Positions 24,874 through 39,475 of a stretch of 64,000 nucleotides of DNA are shown here, in pieces. This DNA comes from Veleropilina oligotropha (Eukaryota). The stretch is from NCBI GenBank assembly GCA_048128005.1, contig JBEUKZ010000089.1, forward strand, positions 1 to 64,000. Direction: 5' to 3'. The notes under the pieces were generated by a model. The model was not told the origin of the DNA. It ran no database searches and worked only from the letters and a program-made list of their open reading frames with translations. The number at the start of each line of letters is the position of its first letter. Position 1 is the stretch's first letter. The position numbers and the translations under genes are program-made.

Positions 24874-27800
24874 TTCGAACCATCAGATGACCAAAGCGAT
24901 CCTGACACCATTATCAACGGCCTTGCCGCTGACATAGTTGCTGCTACCGAGAAGGGTAGGAAGGCAGCAGCAGCAGCTGTCAAAGTAAAGCTTAACCGAC
25001 AGACTAAGGTGGTGGATGATCCACCCCAACCACCCCCGGTTGTCGAAGATCCAATGGATGACGATCGACCATTGGATCAGCCACCGGCATACCAAAACCT
25101 TCAAAAAAGCCCATACTTCCACCAAACAAGTAGTAAATTATAGCAAAGCAATATACACAAATTACGTATACATTAACATGTTAATGTTTTATTAATGTCG
25201 GGGATGGTAATGCTTCAGATTTATAATTATTGCTTTTATATTATCATAAGATTTGTTATTGATATTCAGCAAGTCTTCATATACCACTGCTATAAATCTG
25301 ACTGGTTTCCTTATTTAAGGTGCACAATTTAAGGGTTGTCAGTGACCTGCATTCAATTTGACAGATAGCATTGTTTACCTTTCCGGTCTATTGACCACCA
25401 CATGCGAATAGTGGCAGTCACAGTGGGCCACGTGACACCGTTGCCTTAGCAGTGACCAATTAGCTTCCAAGTGGCTTGACATATGAAGGCGCGCATTTTG
25501 TCCAAGTGCCAGTTTTTGGACATGCTTCATATCTGATTGTTATATATGCGCTTCGCTTTGTAAATTCGCGCTTTATTCTCATTTGATGCGGAAAACCTGC
25601 AATCACGATGTCCACGCCAACCTGTCGTATACGTTCCTTTTTCGACATTCCATCTTGGTATTTATTTACCGAAATCGAAATTTCGCGTTTGATCGAAATC
25701 ATCGACCAGTCAACAAGCGTTGCGCAAGCATTGTGCGTATCGATGGATTGTGCCGCCATGTGCGATTCTTGTTACTTTTGTGACCCGGAAATTTCTGGAT
25801 TATGTGGCGCACGCGGTGCACGACAACAGTAAAGTAAAAACGAGTACTACGAACCATGGCAGATTTAAGCCAAGATGTGGTTAAAGTAACCGCATGGGCA
25901 GCAGCTCATAAAATCTCTGAGGACTCTGTCAAAACTCTCCTGTCCCTTGGATTCGACTCCATGGAAGCACTCGAATGCCTGGCGCAGGAAGACATCGCCA
26001 AAGCCAAGCTGCCAATCGGGCAATTAAAGCTAATCATTCGTTTGGTGGCAAAGACTTTCGAACCGGCGACAGAAGTTCAACGTGCGACCGAAACAACGCA
26101 GAGAACACAGCCGACTCAGAGATCAACGGGATAACGCAACAGGCACCGACCATCTGGAAGTTCCCACCATCAGGTCTGCAGCGACCGACGGCGCAACTAG
26201 AGTCGAAGCCAGCGGCAACGAAGGCGAGACGGCGAACAGCGATGATGTATTCATCCGCGAAGTGTTACAGCAGCTGAGGCAGACACAAAGGGGCGCACCT
26301 GTGGCTGGCACCAAACCTGTAAACTCTGTCGATTCGTCATGCCAATAAATAAAAGGTGAGTACTCTTGGCAAGATCCGCAGGTACATTTAAAATCACTTG
26401 CACCCTCGGCCCAATCCACACACTACGATATCGTAGATTTTATAAATATTAGGGGTGCACACCCAGCAGAAACTTTAGTTTCAAACGGTTCAGAGTTTCA
26501 GCTAATTTGCAGATCAGGTCCAAATAAATTAAAGTTAGAGAACGTAACTCTTAGTCAGTGGTCAACAGCTAATATAGCTATACTGCACATTGCCACAGGG
26601 CCAAATGTTTGACTATTTATCCCACACGTCCCGGATATATAGGCTAGTGTCCAGTTATGACATGCTGTCTGTGTTCCTGTATGACAGAGAATACAGACGA
26701 CTGCAACACCTGCATAAATTCAGGTGGGGCACTTCAGTGGCTCATTTGACCGACGAATACCTCAGTCTGAGTAACACCCACCATACGTTGGCACCTGGGG
26801 CGCCCCCATTTAGGAAGAAGTCGTATCCCCAACAGGCTAACAGAGGGGGCATGTCACAATTTGCTTCACACACATCTAGTGGCAAATGAAACATACATGA
26901 AACTCACAGACAACATACGCATTAAAGACCACTCACTATATAATCACATTGTCACCACAGGTGACAAGGCTACAGGGGGGGGGGGGGGGTTTCAATCATC
27001 ATCAACAACAGAACACCACACAGTCAGGTCAATGTAAACACCAACTTACAGGCAGTAGCGGTGAAAATATCGACTCACCGAGTAATAACTATTTGCTCGG
27101 TATACTTACCACCTAGCATAAACATACATCCTACTGACCTTGACGATCTCATCAATCAGCTACCGACCCCATTTGTACTGTGTGGCGATTTTAACGCCCA
27201 TACTACTCATTGGGGCGGTACTGACACAGATAAACGGGGACATCAAATAGAGGACTTTATTGGGAGACACAATTTGTGCCTATTTAATACTACTAAATCG
27301 CCAACATACATGCATCCACCTACAGGCTCACTTACCACTATTGACCTTACCATGTGCGACCCATCTGCTTTCCTGGACTTTACTTGGAAAGTTGGTGAGG
27401 ACCTCCGCGGAAGCGACCACTTGCCAATTTTCCTGGAAAGCACAATTAACCAAGCACAAATATACACTGAAAGGTGGAAACTTCGCAAAGCAGATTGGAC
27501 AAAATTCCAATCTCTTTGCGATGAGCAATTACACCCAGACAACTTTACTAATGGCGAAGACCCAATATCAAGTTTCTCTATAACATTACATGACATTGCA
27601 ACGCTATCAATTCCAAAAACCTGTCCAAATGCCAAGCACAAAAATAAACCTTAGACTGCAGACAAGCAATCAAAGCAAGCATACACGCAATTTCAACATT
27701 TAAACAGCACTACAAAATCTTAATAGCTTTAGGCTATTAAGAGCACAAGCCAGACGTACCATAAAGCACAGCAAAAGGGAATCCTGGCATTCCTACATTA

Positions 27801-30758
27801 CCAAACTAAACTCTTGTTCGACTATTAAAAAAACATGGGACATGATCCGTAAAATTAGTGGCAAACATACACCCAACTGCATCAAGCACCTTGAAACAAA
27901 CACATCAGAAGCAACCACAGCTAAAGACATTGCAAACACATTGGCAGATACCTTTTCTGCCAATTCATCATCCGACAACTGCACTCCAAAATTTAGCCGT
28001 TTTAAGCATCAAAAAGAAAAAAACAAGGCTCAATTTTAGATCAAACAATACAGAGTCATACAATCAGCCATTTTCACACAAGGAACTCACAGATTCACTA
28101 AACAAGGCACATGACACATCAGTTGGCCCTGATGACATTCATTATCAATTACTTAAGCACTTACCTGGAACATCACTTACAACTCTACTTGCAATATTCA
28201 ATACTATCTGGGAAACTGGAACCTTCCCTCCCTTGCAAAGGCAGGGAAAGATACATCACATCCTAACAGTTATCGACCCATAGCCCTGACGAGTTGTATT
28301 TGTAAAACAATGGAACGGATGATAAACGAGAGATTAGTTTGGTACATAGAATCAAATAATTTACTTAAAGAATATCAAAGTGGGTTCCGGCGCAACCGGA
28401 GCACCACCGATCACTTGGTACGTCTGGAAACTTTTGTTCGGGAGGCCTTCCTAAACAGACATTTAGTTGCTGTTTTTTCGATCTAGAGAAGGCCTACGAC
28501 ACTACTTGGAAGTACGGGATTATGAATGATTTTGGTTTAAAGGGCCACTTGCCCAATTTTATTTCGAAATTCCTTGAGGATAGAAATTTTAAAGTTAAGG
28601 TGGGTGACACCCTCACCGATATCCACGACCAGGAGATGGGTGTCCCTCAAGGAAGTATTTTATCAGTCACCCTATTCAGTATTAAAATAAACAGTATCGT
28701 CAAATGTATTAGTACTGGCACTGACTGTTCATTATTTGTTGACGATTTTGGCATTTGCTATCGTTCAACAAATATGAACAGTATAGAACGCAAGCTACAA
28801 CATGGCCTAAATAAATTACAGATATGGTCCGATGAGAATGAATTCAAATTCTCCAAGGACAAAACTAAATGCATGCACTTCTGCCAACGTCGTGAAATAC
28901 ATGACGACCCTGTGTTGAAGCTGGATGACTTTGAGATTCCAGTGGTAGATCAATTTAAATTTGTAGGCCTTGTATTTGACAGAAAACTGTCTTTCATACC
29001 GCATTTAAAATACATTAAAGCTAAATGTAAAAAAGCTTTAAATTTAATGAAAGTAGTTTCTAATACTGAATGGGGTGCCGATAAAAAGTTTTACTTAGAT
29101 TATATAGATCTTTAATTAGATCTAAACTTGATTATGGGAGCATTGTATATGGCTCTGCTCGCCATTCATACCTTAAAATGCTTGATCCAATCCAAACCAA
29201 GGGCTTCGACTTGCACTGGGGGCTTTCCGCACATCACCCATGGAAAGCCTCTATGTCGAAGCCAACGAACCATCTCTTACACTCAGACGTGAAAAATTAT
29301 CACTACAATATGCAATAAAATTAAAATCAAATCCATCTAACCCTGCTTTCGAAACTGTATTTACACCAAATTATGAACATCTATATCAGGCAAAACCAAA
29401 CAAAATTGCACCATTTGGCAGCCGCATCAAACCAGCACTAGAAAACGCAGGCATACATGTAGGTCAAATTAAAACAAATCACATTCCGGATACTCCACCA
29501 TGGACACTAAAAGTACCGGTAATTGATCTACAACTTACATCACTAAAAAAATCAAACACAGACACATCAGATTATCTCATAAAAGTGCACGATCTGAAAT
29601 TAAATTATTCAGATCGTGCAAGCATATACACAGATGGTTCAAAAGATGCAGAATTAGTAGGAGCAGCCGCTGTCACTGGCAGACAATGTTTTCAAAACCG
29701 TCTGCCAGGCAGCGCGACTATATATACTGCAGAACTAAAAGTAATCGAGCTTGCTCTTAATTTTATCTCTACAAGTATTAAACGGCGTTTTATTATCTAT
29801 TCAGACTCCCTCTCTAGCTTACAAGCACTGAGGGAGATGAATAGAAATGTTATTGTTCAGGAAATTTTATTAAACTATAACAACCTTTTACCTGATAATG
29901 ACATTATTTTATGCTGGATACCGAGCCATATCGGTATCCAAGGCAATGAGAAGGCTGACCAAGCTGCCAAGGCAGCCTCACATTTTAACAATACACTAAA
30001 TTGTAAATTGCCACACTCAGATTTTAAACAAAACATAAACAAATATATAAATTCTAATTGGCAGCACTCTTGGAGTGAATGCACAAGGAATAAACTGCAG
30101 AATGTTCAACCTCTTGGCGATTGGGGCCCCTCTTGCATACCAACTCGTCGAGAGGAGGTGGTCTTGGCCACACTGAGGATTGGGCATTCTCACTACACTC
30201 ACTCCTACATGCTTAAAGGGGAGCCGCCACCCGAGTGTATTCCTTGTGCAACTGCCCTAACAATTAAAACATATATTATTGGATTGTGTCGATTTGGATC
30301 TCGCACGCCAACGGTATTTTAGGGCCAATTCCCTCCAAGAGCTATTTAATCTTAATAAGCTCGAAGCCGTATTTGAATTTTTAAAACAGGTAAATATTTT
30401 CTATAAATTATTATTCTTATTTATACTTTTATTTCCTTTGACTAAATTCTATATTTTGTTTTTAATTATTATACTATTTTATTATTATACTAGTTTTTAG
30501 CAAACATTTGATCTTTTAAATTTTGTTATTTTATTGCCTTGTGTTTTTATTTAAATTACATTGATTTTTATCTTAATTTGCATTGCCATTATTTTATTTG
30601 GAAATGTATTGGTTTGTTTTATTTACATCTTTTATTTATCGGTACTTACTATCCCAACTTTTAATAGTTTATATTAAATTATTATATAGTCAACTTCACC
30701 GACCCGATTATGATCAAATAGTGTCGGCGTGGTCGTTACACATCAATTCAATCAATCA
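24874..30758 (+). mobile_element. 5'-truncated family-A LINE nested in the APE region of another family-A copy
   Basis: 12-bp TSD ACCAAATCGCCA at 24862-24873 and 30759-30770; ORF2 remnants ~26890-30410; (CAAT)n tail. Confidence 0.92.
25856..26889 (+). pseudogene. Gag/ORF1 remnant of a DIRS/Ngaro-like tyrosine-recombinase retrotransposon (insert ~25170-26890)
   Basis: SAM-like N-terminus (LGFDSMEAL..L...DI...LPIGQ), DPQVHL, DIVDF, KLENVT..QW..AN and SVFLYDREYRRLQ...FRWG. RT and recombinase are absent. Confidence 0.55.
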
Positions 30759-33700
30759 ACCAAATCGCCAACATACATGCATCCACCTACAGGCTCACTT
30801 ACCACCATTGACCTTGCCATGTGCGACCCATCTGTTTTCATGGATTTTACTTGGAAGTCTGCGGAAGCGACCACTTTCCAATTTTCCTGGAAAGCACAAT
30901 TAACCAAGCACAAACACATACTGAACGGAGGAAACTTCGCAAAGCAGATTGGGGGAAATTCCAATCTCTTTGTGAAGATCAATTACACGCAGATCACCTT
31001 AGTAATGGCGAAGACCCAATATCAAGTTTCTCTACAACACTACACGACATTGCAACACTATCAATTCCAAAAACCTGTCCAAATGCCAAACACAAAATCA
31101 AACTTTGGTTTAATGAAGACTGCAGACAAGCAATCAAAGCACGCATACATGCAATTTCAACATTTAAACAGCACCCAACACCACAAAATCTTAATAGCTT
31201 TAGGCTATTAAGGGCAAAAGCCAGACGTACCATCAAGCAAAGCAAAAGGGAATCCTGGCATTCCTACGTTACCAAACTAAACTCTCGATCCACTATTAAA
31301 AAAACATGGGATATGATCTGTAAAATCAGCGGAAAGAATACACCAAACTGCATCAAGCACCTCAAAACAAACACAGCAGAAGCAACCACAGCTAAAGACA
31401 TTGCAAACACATTGGCAGATACCTTTTCTGCCAATTCATCATCCGACAACCGCACCCCAAAATTTAGCCGTTTTAAACATCAAAAAGAAAAAACAAGGCT
31501 GAATTTTAGATCAAACAATACCGAGTTATACAATCAGCCATTTTCACACAAAGAACTCACAGATTCACTAAACAAGGCACATGACACATCAGTTGGCCCT
31601 GATGCCATTCACTATCAATTACTTAATCACCTACCCGGAACATCACTTACAACTCTACTTGCAATATTCAATACTATCTGGGAAACTGGAACCTTCCCTC
31701 GCTTGCAAAGGCAGGGAAAGATACATAATATACTAAATTGTAAATTACCATACTCGGATTTTAAACAAAGCATAAACAAATATATAAATTCTACTTGGCA
31801 GCATTCTTGGAGTGAATGCACAAGGAATAAACTGCAGAATGTCCAACCGCTTCTTGGCGACTGGGGCCCCTCTTGCAGACCAACTCGGCGATCTTGGCCA
31901 GACTGAGGATTGGGCATTCTCACTACACTCATTCCTACTTGCTTAAAGGGGAGCCTCCACCCGAGTGTATTCCTTGTGCAAAAGGTCGAAGCTGTATTCA
32001 AGTTTTTAAAACGTAAATATTTTTTACAAGATATAGTTTTCATGTATATTTTATTTCAAACATTTTATATCTTGTGTTTATTAATTATTATACTTGTTTT
32101 ATCAACCTGTTTCGCATTATTTTAAATGTTATTATTTTCATCTCTTTGTTTTAATCTAAATATATGTTTACTCTTATTTGTACATAACAAGACAGATAAA
32201 ACAAACCGATAATTGATTATTTGTTTTTAAATATATTTCGATTTGTTTCTTTTAACTAGATTTTAACCAGTAAATTTTTACTCAAACTTTTTATCATTCT
32301 TATTATTTTTAATTATTATATAGACTGACCCGATTATGACCAAATAGTGTCGGCGTGGTCGTAAAACATCAATTCAATTCTTCTTTGCAGGAGAACACGT
32401 AATTAATTTGCTAACCGTATGTGCATACGCAACTGGATCTTTCGGCAAATTTTCACGTGACCTTTGCAGGGATTTCCGCTGAGCCACTGCAGAACGTTCA
32501 TCAGTGTTGAAATCTGAATCTGAACTTACATTTATGATATATCCTGTTGTCGTCCAAAATGCCCACGTCATTAACATCGTTGGTTGAATTTGGAGTTGAT
32601 TTGTTAAGTACCGGTAGTGCTTTATTTTTATTTTCCTGGTATTGCTTTCTTTTTTTCTGACTTAACATTTTTGCCCTTTGATTTAAGTTTGCTATTCGCA
32701 AACACTGCTTTTGTTTATTCTTTTTGTCTTGTTCTCCCCTTGTCAATGGCCATTCTTTTTCAGATTTTTCATTTACATGATCTTTTTGCTGTACTTTCAA
32801 CTTTTCTCTATACCTCTGCATTCTGACTCTTGTTTTATCATTACTTTTCTTTTTCTTTTCACCTTCAAATCCATCTCGGTACTTTTAGGACCGAACAACT
32901 GCTTCAACCAAATACACCTGGTATCTGAGATCATTCTGTTTAAGTTTCTCTCTGTACATAAGACTTTTCTCCTGTGATGAGAGTGGTGCATGATTTTCAC
33001 GGGTATTACTTTTAGGAAGCCTATTTTTGTTACGCAATTTTACGCGCAGTGGCATCAGTGGTGTTGACATACTGTATACGTTCCAATTACAACATGAATG
33101 CGATATGTTGAATTCCACGGTCGCTGCGAGCACCTGAATTAGATAGAACATCACAATTATTGAGAATATTTCAGACTATATCATTATTGGAATCAAATAT
33201 GATTTTAGTCATTATTTTTTTTATACTTCCGTTGTTTCCTTTGAAATAAATAATATTTTTCACAAAATAAAGGCAGTATTCCCACTAAATATGCTGATTC
33301 CACTTCATAGACTAGGTCAAATATGTGAAAAGGTTCATATTAAAAGTGATGGAGGAATTTCATGTTTACGGCTGAGAAACAACATTTTCAGACGTATTTA
33401 TATGTTCTAAATCAATTTAGGGGCTTTGCCCGACTGTATTTTCAACGTTTAACCCTTAAACGTGACAAATCCAAAATGGCCGCCACCTAAACTGGACAAA
33501 TTCATTTTGGGTCATATCTTTGGTACCAAACATTGTAAGAACATAAATGAAACATCTTTTTGTATGTTTTCAGGTACAAGGAATCCGTTGAGATCATTAT
33601 TTAACCCTCAATATGCCAAGAAATTAAGATGGCCACCATATGTGATGTAAATTACAAAATAAATTGACTACAATTGACCCATGTATTCTCTGTCTGCAGG

Positions 33701-35899
33701 TACTGCGTAGCTGAACTGCAGCAATGGACGCCGATCAAGCTTCAAGAAAACGGGGAGTCCTGGTAAATTATGACAAATGTATCATATGCCAAGAAGACAA
33801 TAAACAGGAAAAACTAGTTACACATACATCGGACGGCTTAAAGACAATCCATAATGCAAGACAAGTTCGACTGAAGTTACGAAATGACAATTTCAGATCT
33901 GCAACTGGTCGGCTCACTGATGCGTTAGTATGTCACAATGGATGCCGTGCCTCCTATACAAGTTCTCATAAACTCGAAAGACAGCGCTACAGATATAACA
34001 GTTCATCAAATTCAATCTAGTTCATCAGCACCCACAGCCGTTGCTTAATCACAAGAAATTCTTCTAAAAAGCAAGATGGCACTAATAAACTGGAACTTGT
34101 GCATATTTTTCCCCAAAAAGACCAAGGAAAAAGTCCATCTCATACAAGAGACGCTCGTTAGCAGACGGGTCCTAGAAGCATCTAAGTATGACCCGATTTT
34201 GAGAACACGACTGGCCTGCATAAATGACCTAATAGCCGATGATGGCAAACATCACAGTAGCTGTCATGTCAGGTTCAAACGTAGCACTGACAAAAGAATA
34301 ACATCAGCAGTAAATGTCAGCGATATAGTGTTGCTTTGGCTCTGTCATGAGCTTGAACAATTAGCATCACATGCTGATATCCTAGAACTCTGATGTGTGG
34401 GAAAGATATTGCACACTAGCCAAGGAAGCGGACATCGCAATTCCGTCATCATTTACGAGTCGACGGAGCACATTCAAAGAGAAGTTAGCTGAACGTACGC
34501 ATGGTGTGTATGAAATTATAGTTCTCCGTGATCAGGCCTTACATTCGCTCCCAGAACATATATCTTTTCTTCAAATCGAGTGGTGAAACTATATACATAT
34601 ATTTATATTTTTATTATCTCAGTTTTCTTTTATAATGAACGACTACTTAAAGTAACACAAAGAAGGAAAATACTTGTGCATATCTCGTTAAGTCAGGCTT
34701 GAATGAACTCCGATAACAAAATCAGACACCATGAGTCACCAATTAACACCTAATGATAATGCAAAGGCGAAATCAGCAGGAGCTAAAAACAAAAGCAATC
34801 ATAATACACAAACACCGAACAGCAATACAGCCAAGAGTAAATGTGAAAGATCTTCGCCTGGGACTATTCCCTCGCCAAAAGCAAAAAAGAATGAAATTGA
34901 GTCCGATCTAACCATCGAAGAGGAACCATGCGCCGATAATGAATACGGACGAATGCCTTCCTCTGATCTTTCTAATTTAATTAGTATGATTGTAACGAAG
35001 GCTACGGAACCGTTAATATCAATGATAACATCGCAAAATGAAATCATTGAAAAGTTATCTGGCAGACTAGAAGTTTTTCTGAATAATGAAAATAAAAGAA
35101 ATATGGAAATCGAAGTCTTAACCGATCGCTTAAATGATCAAAACAAAGTAATAAAATTACAGCAAAACACTATTACGCATCAGGCCGCTAGACTAAATAA
35201 AGCAGAGATTTATCTAGATGAATTGGAACAATATAGTCGCCGTGAATCCATCAGATTTAAGAATGTCCCCATCGACGACATCCCGAAACGACAAATGCGA
35301 GGGGACCGCCCTGTTGTCGACACGGATTGTTACATTAAGAACATCTGTACCAATGCTCTGAAAATTCCAATATCAACGGATGACATATATCGATCTCATC
35401 TAGTCGGAAAACCAGATAGCCATGGCAGAGTAACCATCATATGCAGATTTGCCTCGTACAAACTGAGAAGCGCAATATACTATGCCAAAAGGTCGTTAAA
35501 GCATTATCCCTCGAACATCTTCATCGTAGAGGACTTAACTAAGTGTTTGATTTGATTTGATTTGATGTTTAACGACCACGCCGACACTATAATGGTCATA
35601 ATCGGGTCGGTCAAGTTAATTATATAATAGCTTAATATATAAAGATAAAAGTTGTGATACATATTTAATAATAAAATAAAATAAATTAAAACACGTGAAA
35701 AATAATAAAAACGAATCAATATATTTACAAGTAAAATAGGCAATGCAAATTTCGATAAAGCAAATCAATAAAAGTGAACATAACATGGTATATTTACAGG
35801 TTAAAACGATATAAATATGCAAAGCAATAAAATTAAAATAAAAACAAGTATAATAATAAAAACAAGATATCATATTTGTGAAATAAAATATAAAATTAT

Positions 35900-38800
35900 A
35901 ACTTGTAAAAAATATTTGTTTTAAAAACTCAAATATATTTTCGAGCTTAGTGAATTTAAATAACTCTTGGAGGAGTTTGCCCTAAAGTGCTTTTGGCGTG
36001 CGAGATCCAAATCGACACAATCCAATAATATATGGCCGCTTCGGTAGCGCAGTGGGTAGAGTGTCCACTCTAAATTCACTGGCTTGTTTCCGCTGACGCG
36101 AACAGTAGTGGGATCGACCCCCGGCTGAGGCAGCACACATTTGTTCAAGTTATGAAGCACAGTTGTCCGTGACTGGCCGAAGAGGGCGGGTTTACCCGGC
36201 AACCGGGGTTTCCTCCCGCGATAACACGGACATGTCCTGCCTTGAACCTCGATGTTATAAATATACAGGACATTAAGCATAATTCCTCCTCCAATAATAT
36301 ATGTTTAATTGTTAGGGCAGTTGCACAAGGAATACACTCAGGTGGAGGCTCCCCTTTAAGCAAGTAGGAGTGAGTGTAATGAGAATGCCCAATCCTCAGT
36401 CTGGCCAGGACGACCTCCTCTCGCCGAGATGGCCTGCAAGAGGGTCCCCAGTCACCAAGAAGAGGTTGGACATTCTGCAGTTTATTCCTTGTGCATTCAC
36501 TCCAAGAGTGCTGCCAAGTAGTATTTATATATTTGTTTATGCTTTGTTTAAAATCAGTGTGAGGCCATTTGCAGTTTAGTGTGTGGTTAAAATGCGAGGC
36601 TGCCTTGGCAGCTTGGTCAGCCTTCTCATTACCCTGGATACCGATATGGCTCGGTATCCAGCATAAAATAATGTCATTATCCGGTAAAAGGTTATTATAT
36701 TTAATTAAAATATCTATAATAATAGGGTTTCTATTCACCCCCCTCAATGCCTGTAAGCTAGAGAGGGAGTCTGAATAGATAATAAAACGCTTGCTATTAC
36801 TCATTGATATAAAATTGAGCGCAAGCTCGATTGCCTTCAATTCTGCAGTAAATATAGTCGCGCTGCCTGGCAGACGGTTTTGAAAACATTGTCTGCCAGT
36901 GACAGCGGCTGCTCCTACTAATTCTGCATCTTTTGAACCATCTGTATATATGCTTGCACGATCTGAATATTTTAAATTCAGATTGTGCACTTTTGAGAGA
37001 TAATCTGATGTGTCTGTGTTTGATTTTTTCAGTGAAGTAAGATGTAGGTCAATTTCCGGTACTTTAAGTGTCCATGGTGGAGTATCCGGAATGTAATTTG
37101 TTCTAATTTGAGCTACATGTATGCCAGTGCTTTCTAGTGCAGGTTTTATGCGAATGCCGAATGGTGCAATTTTGTTTGGTTTTTCCAGAAATAAATTTTC
37201 GTAATTACGTGTAAATACACTTTCGAAAGCTGGGTTAGATGGGTGTGATTTTAATTTGATTGCATATTGCAGTGATAATTTTTCACGTCTGTGTGTAACA
37301 GATGGTTCATTGGCTTCAACATAGAGGCTTTCCATGGGTGATGTGCGGAAAGCCCCAAGTGCAAGTCGAAGCCCTTGATTATGGATTGGATCAAGCATTT
37401 TAAGATATGAATGGCGAGCAGAGCCATATACTATGCTCCCATAATCAAGTTTTGATCTAATTAATGATCTGTAAAGGCGTAATAAAACTTTTTTATCAGC
37501 ACCCCATTCAGTATTAGAAACTACTTTCATTAGATTCAAAGGTTTCTTGCATTTAGCTTTGATATATTTTATATGAGGTATGAAAGTCAGTTTGGGCAAG
37601 TGGCCCTTTAAACCAAAATCAAACAAATCCTTCATAATCCCGTACTTCCAAGTAGTGTCGTAGGCCTTCTCTAGATCGAAAAAAACAGCAACTAAATGTT
37701 GTCTGTTTAGGAAGGCCTCACGAACAAAAGTTTCCAGACGTACCAAGTGATCTGTGGTGCTCCGGTTGCGCCGGAACCCACATTGATGTTCTGTAAGTAA
37801 ATTATTTGATTCTAAGTACCAAACTAATCTCTCGTTTATCATCCGTTCCATGGTTTTACAAATACAACTCGTCAGGGCTATGGGTCGATAACTGTTAGGA
37901 TGTGATGTATCTTTTCCCGCCTTTGCAATTGGGATAATAATAGCCTCCCTCCACGAGGAAGGGAAGGTTCCGGTTTCCCAGATAGTATTGAATATTGCAA
38001 GTAGAGTTGTAAGTGATGTTCCGGGTAAATGCTTAAGTAATTGATAGTGAATGTCATCAGGGCCAACCGATGTGTCATGTGCCTTGTTTAGTGAATCTGT
38101 GAGTTCCTTGTGTGAAAATGGCTGGTTGTATGACTCTGTATTGTTTGATCTAAAATTGAGCCTTGTTTTTTCTTTTTGGTGTTTAAAACGGCTGAATTTT
38201 GGAGTGCAGTTGTCAGACGATGAATTGGCAGAAAATGTGTCTGCCAAGGTATTTGCGATGTCTTTAGCTGTGTCTGCTTCTGAATTGTTTGTTTTAAGGT
38301 GCTTGATGCAGTTGGGTGTATGTTTGCCACTAATTTTACGGATCATATCCCATGTTTTTTTAATAGTGGAACGAGAGTTTAGTTTGGTAACGTAGGAATG
38401 CCAGGATTCCCTTTTGCTGTGCTTGATGGTACGTCTGGCTTGTGCTCTTAATAGCCTAAAGCTATTAAGATTTTGTAGTGTTGGGTGCTGTTTAAATGTT
38501 GAAATTGCGTGTATGCGTGCTTTGATTGCTTGTCTGCAGTCTTCATTAAACCAAGGTTTATTTTTGTGCTTGGCATTTGGACAGGTCTTTGGAATTGAGA
38601 GTGTTGCAATGTCATGTAGTGTTGTAGAGAAACTTGATATTGGGTCTTCGCCATGAGTGAATTGATTAGAGTGTAATTGCTCTTCGCAAAGAGATTGGAA
38701 TTTCCCCCAATCTGCTTTGCGAAGTTTCCACCTTTTTGTATGTTCTTGTGCTTGGTTAATTGTGCTTTCCAGGAAAATTGGAAAGTGGTCGCTTCCGTGG

Positions 38801-39417
38801 AGGTCCTCACCAACTTTCCATGTAAAGTCCAGGAAAGCAGATGGGTCGCACATGGTAAGGTCAATAGTGGTAAGTGAGCCTGTAGGTGGATGCATGTATG
38901 TTGGCGATTTGGTAGTGTTAAATAGACACAAATTGTGTCTCCCAATAAAGTCCTCTATTTGATGTCCCCGTTTATCAGTGTCAGTACCGCCCCAATCGGT
39001 ACTATGGGCGTTAAAATCGCCACACAGTAGAAATGGGGTCGGTAGCTGATCGATGAGATCGTCAAGGTCAGTAGGTCGTAAGTTTATACCTGGTGGTAAG
39101 TACACCGAGCAAATAGTTATTACTCGGTGAACCGATATTTTCAACGCTACTGCCTGTAAGTTGGTGTTTAATTTGACCTGGCTGTGTGGTGTTTTGTTGT
39201 TGATGATGATTGAAACCCCCCCCCCTGTAGCCTTGTCACCTGTGGTGACAATGTGATTATATAGTGAGTGATCTTTAATGCGTATGTTGTCTGTGAGTTT
39301 CATGTAAGTTTCATTGAGACAAAATGCGGTTGGTTTGTGTTCTTGTATTAATAGACTAATCTCATCAAAATTGGGTTTAATGCCTCTACAATTCCATTGT
39401 ATTATGGTGCCTGACAT
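35900..39417 (-). pseudogene. Family-A ORF2, open but lacking the RT catalytic core; C-terminus cut by a SINE
   Basis: In-frame junction LKGHLP|KLTFIP at ~37592 removes GVPQGS and FVDD; APE and RNase H are intact. Confidence 0.9.
36035..36289 (+). mobile_element. tRNA-derived SINE with a V-domain-like core
   Basis: 14-bp TSD TCCAATAATATATG (36021-36034 and 36290-36303); A box TAGCGCAGTGG; B-box-like GGATCGACCCC; core GGGTTTACCCGG..GGTTTCCTCCC; near-identical copy at 51076-51334. Confidence 0.9.
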
Positions 39418-39475
39418 GTTGGTTTAATGGTGTGTGTATTAAGTGATTTGCTTGTAATGTTAAGTTTAAATTTGC

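Larger units (their letters stand above)
22434..32378 (+). mobile_element. Chimeric I-group LINE: family-B 5'UTR and ORF1 joined to family-A ORF1 end, ORF2 and tail
   Basis: 11-bp TSD with one mismatch, TCTTTTTTGCA (22423-22433) and TCTTCTTTGCA (32379-32389). B-to-A switch at ~24117; family-A parts at 24117-24873 and 30759-32378. Confidence 0.8.
21731..33000 (-). pseudogene. Decayed DNA-transposase-like gene (Sola-type candidate) split by the 22434-32378 insertion
   Basis: 5' part ends ...LPKDP...TCSPAKK at ~32380; 3' part resumes AKKMALSSLG at 22433 and contains P.KK, KIG..TFCQLQP and CLCEYCAN. Superfamily uncertain. Confidence 0.5.
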
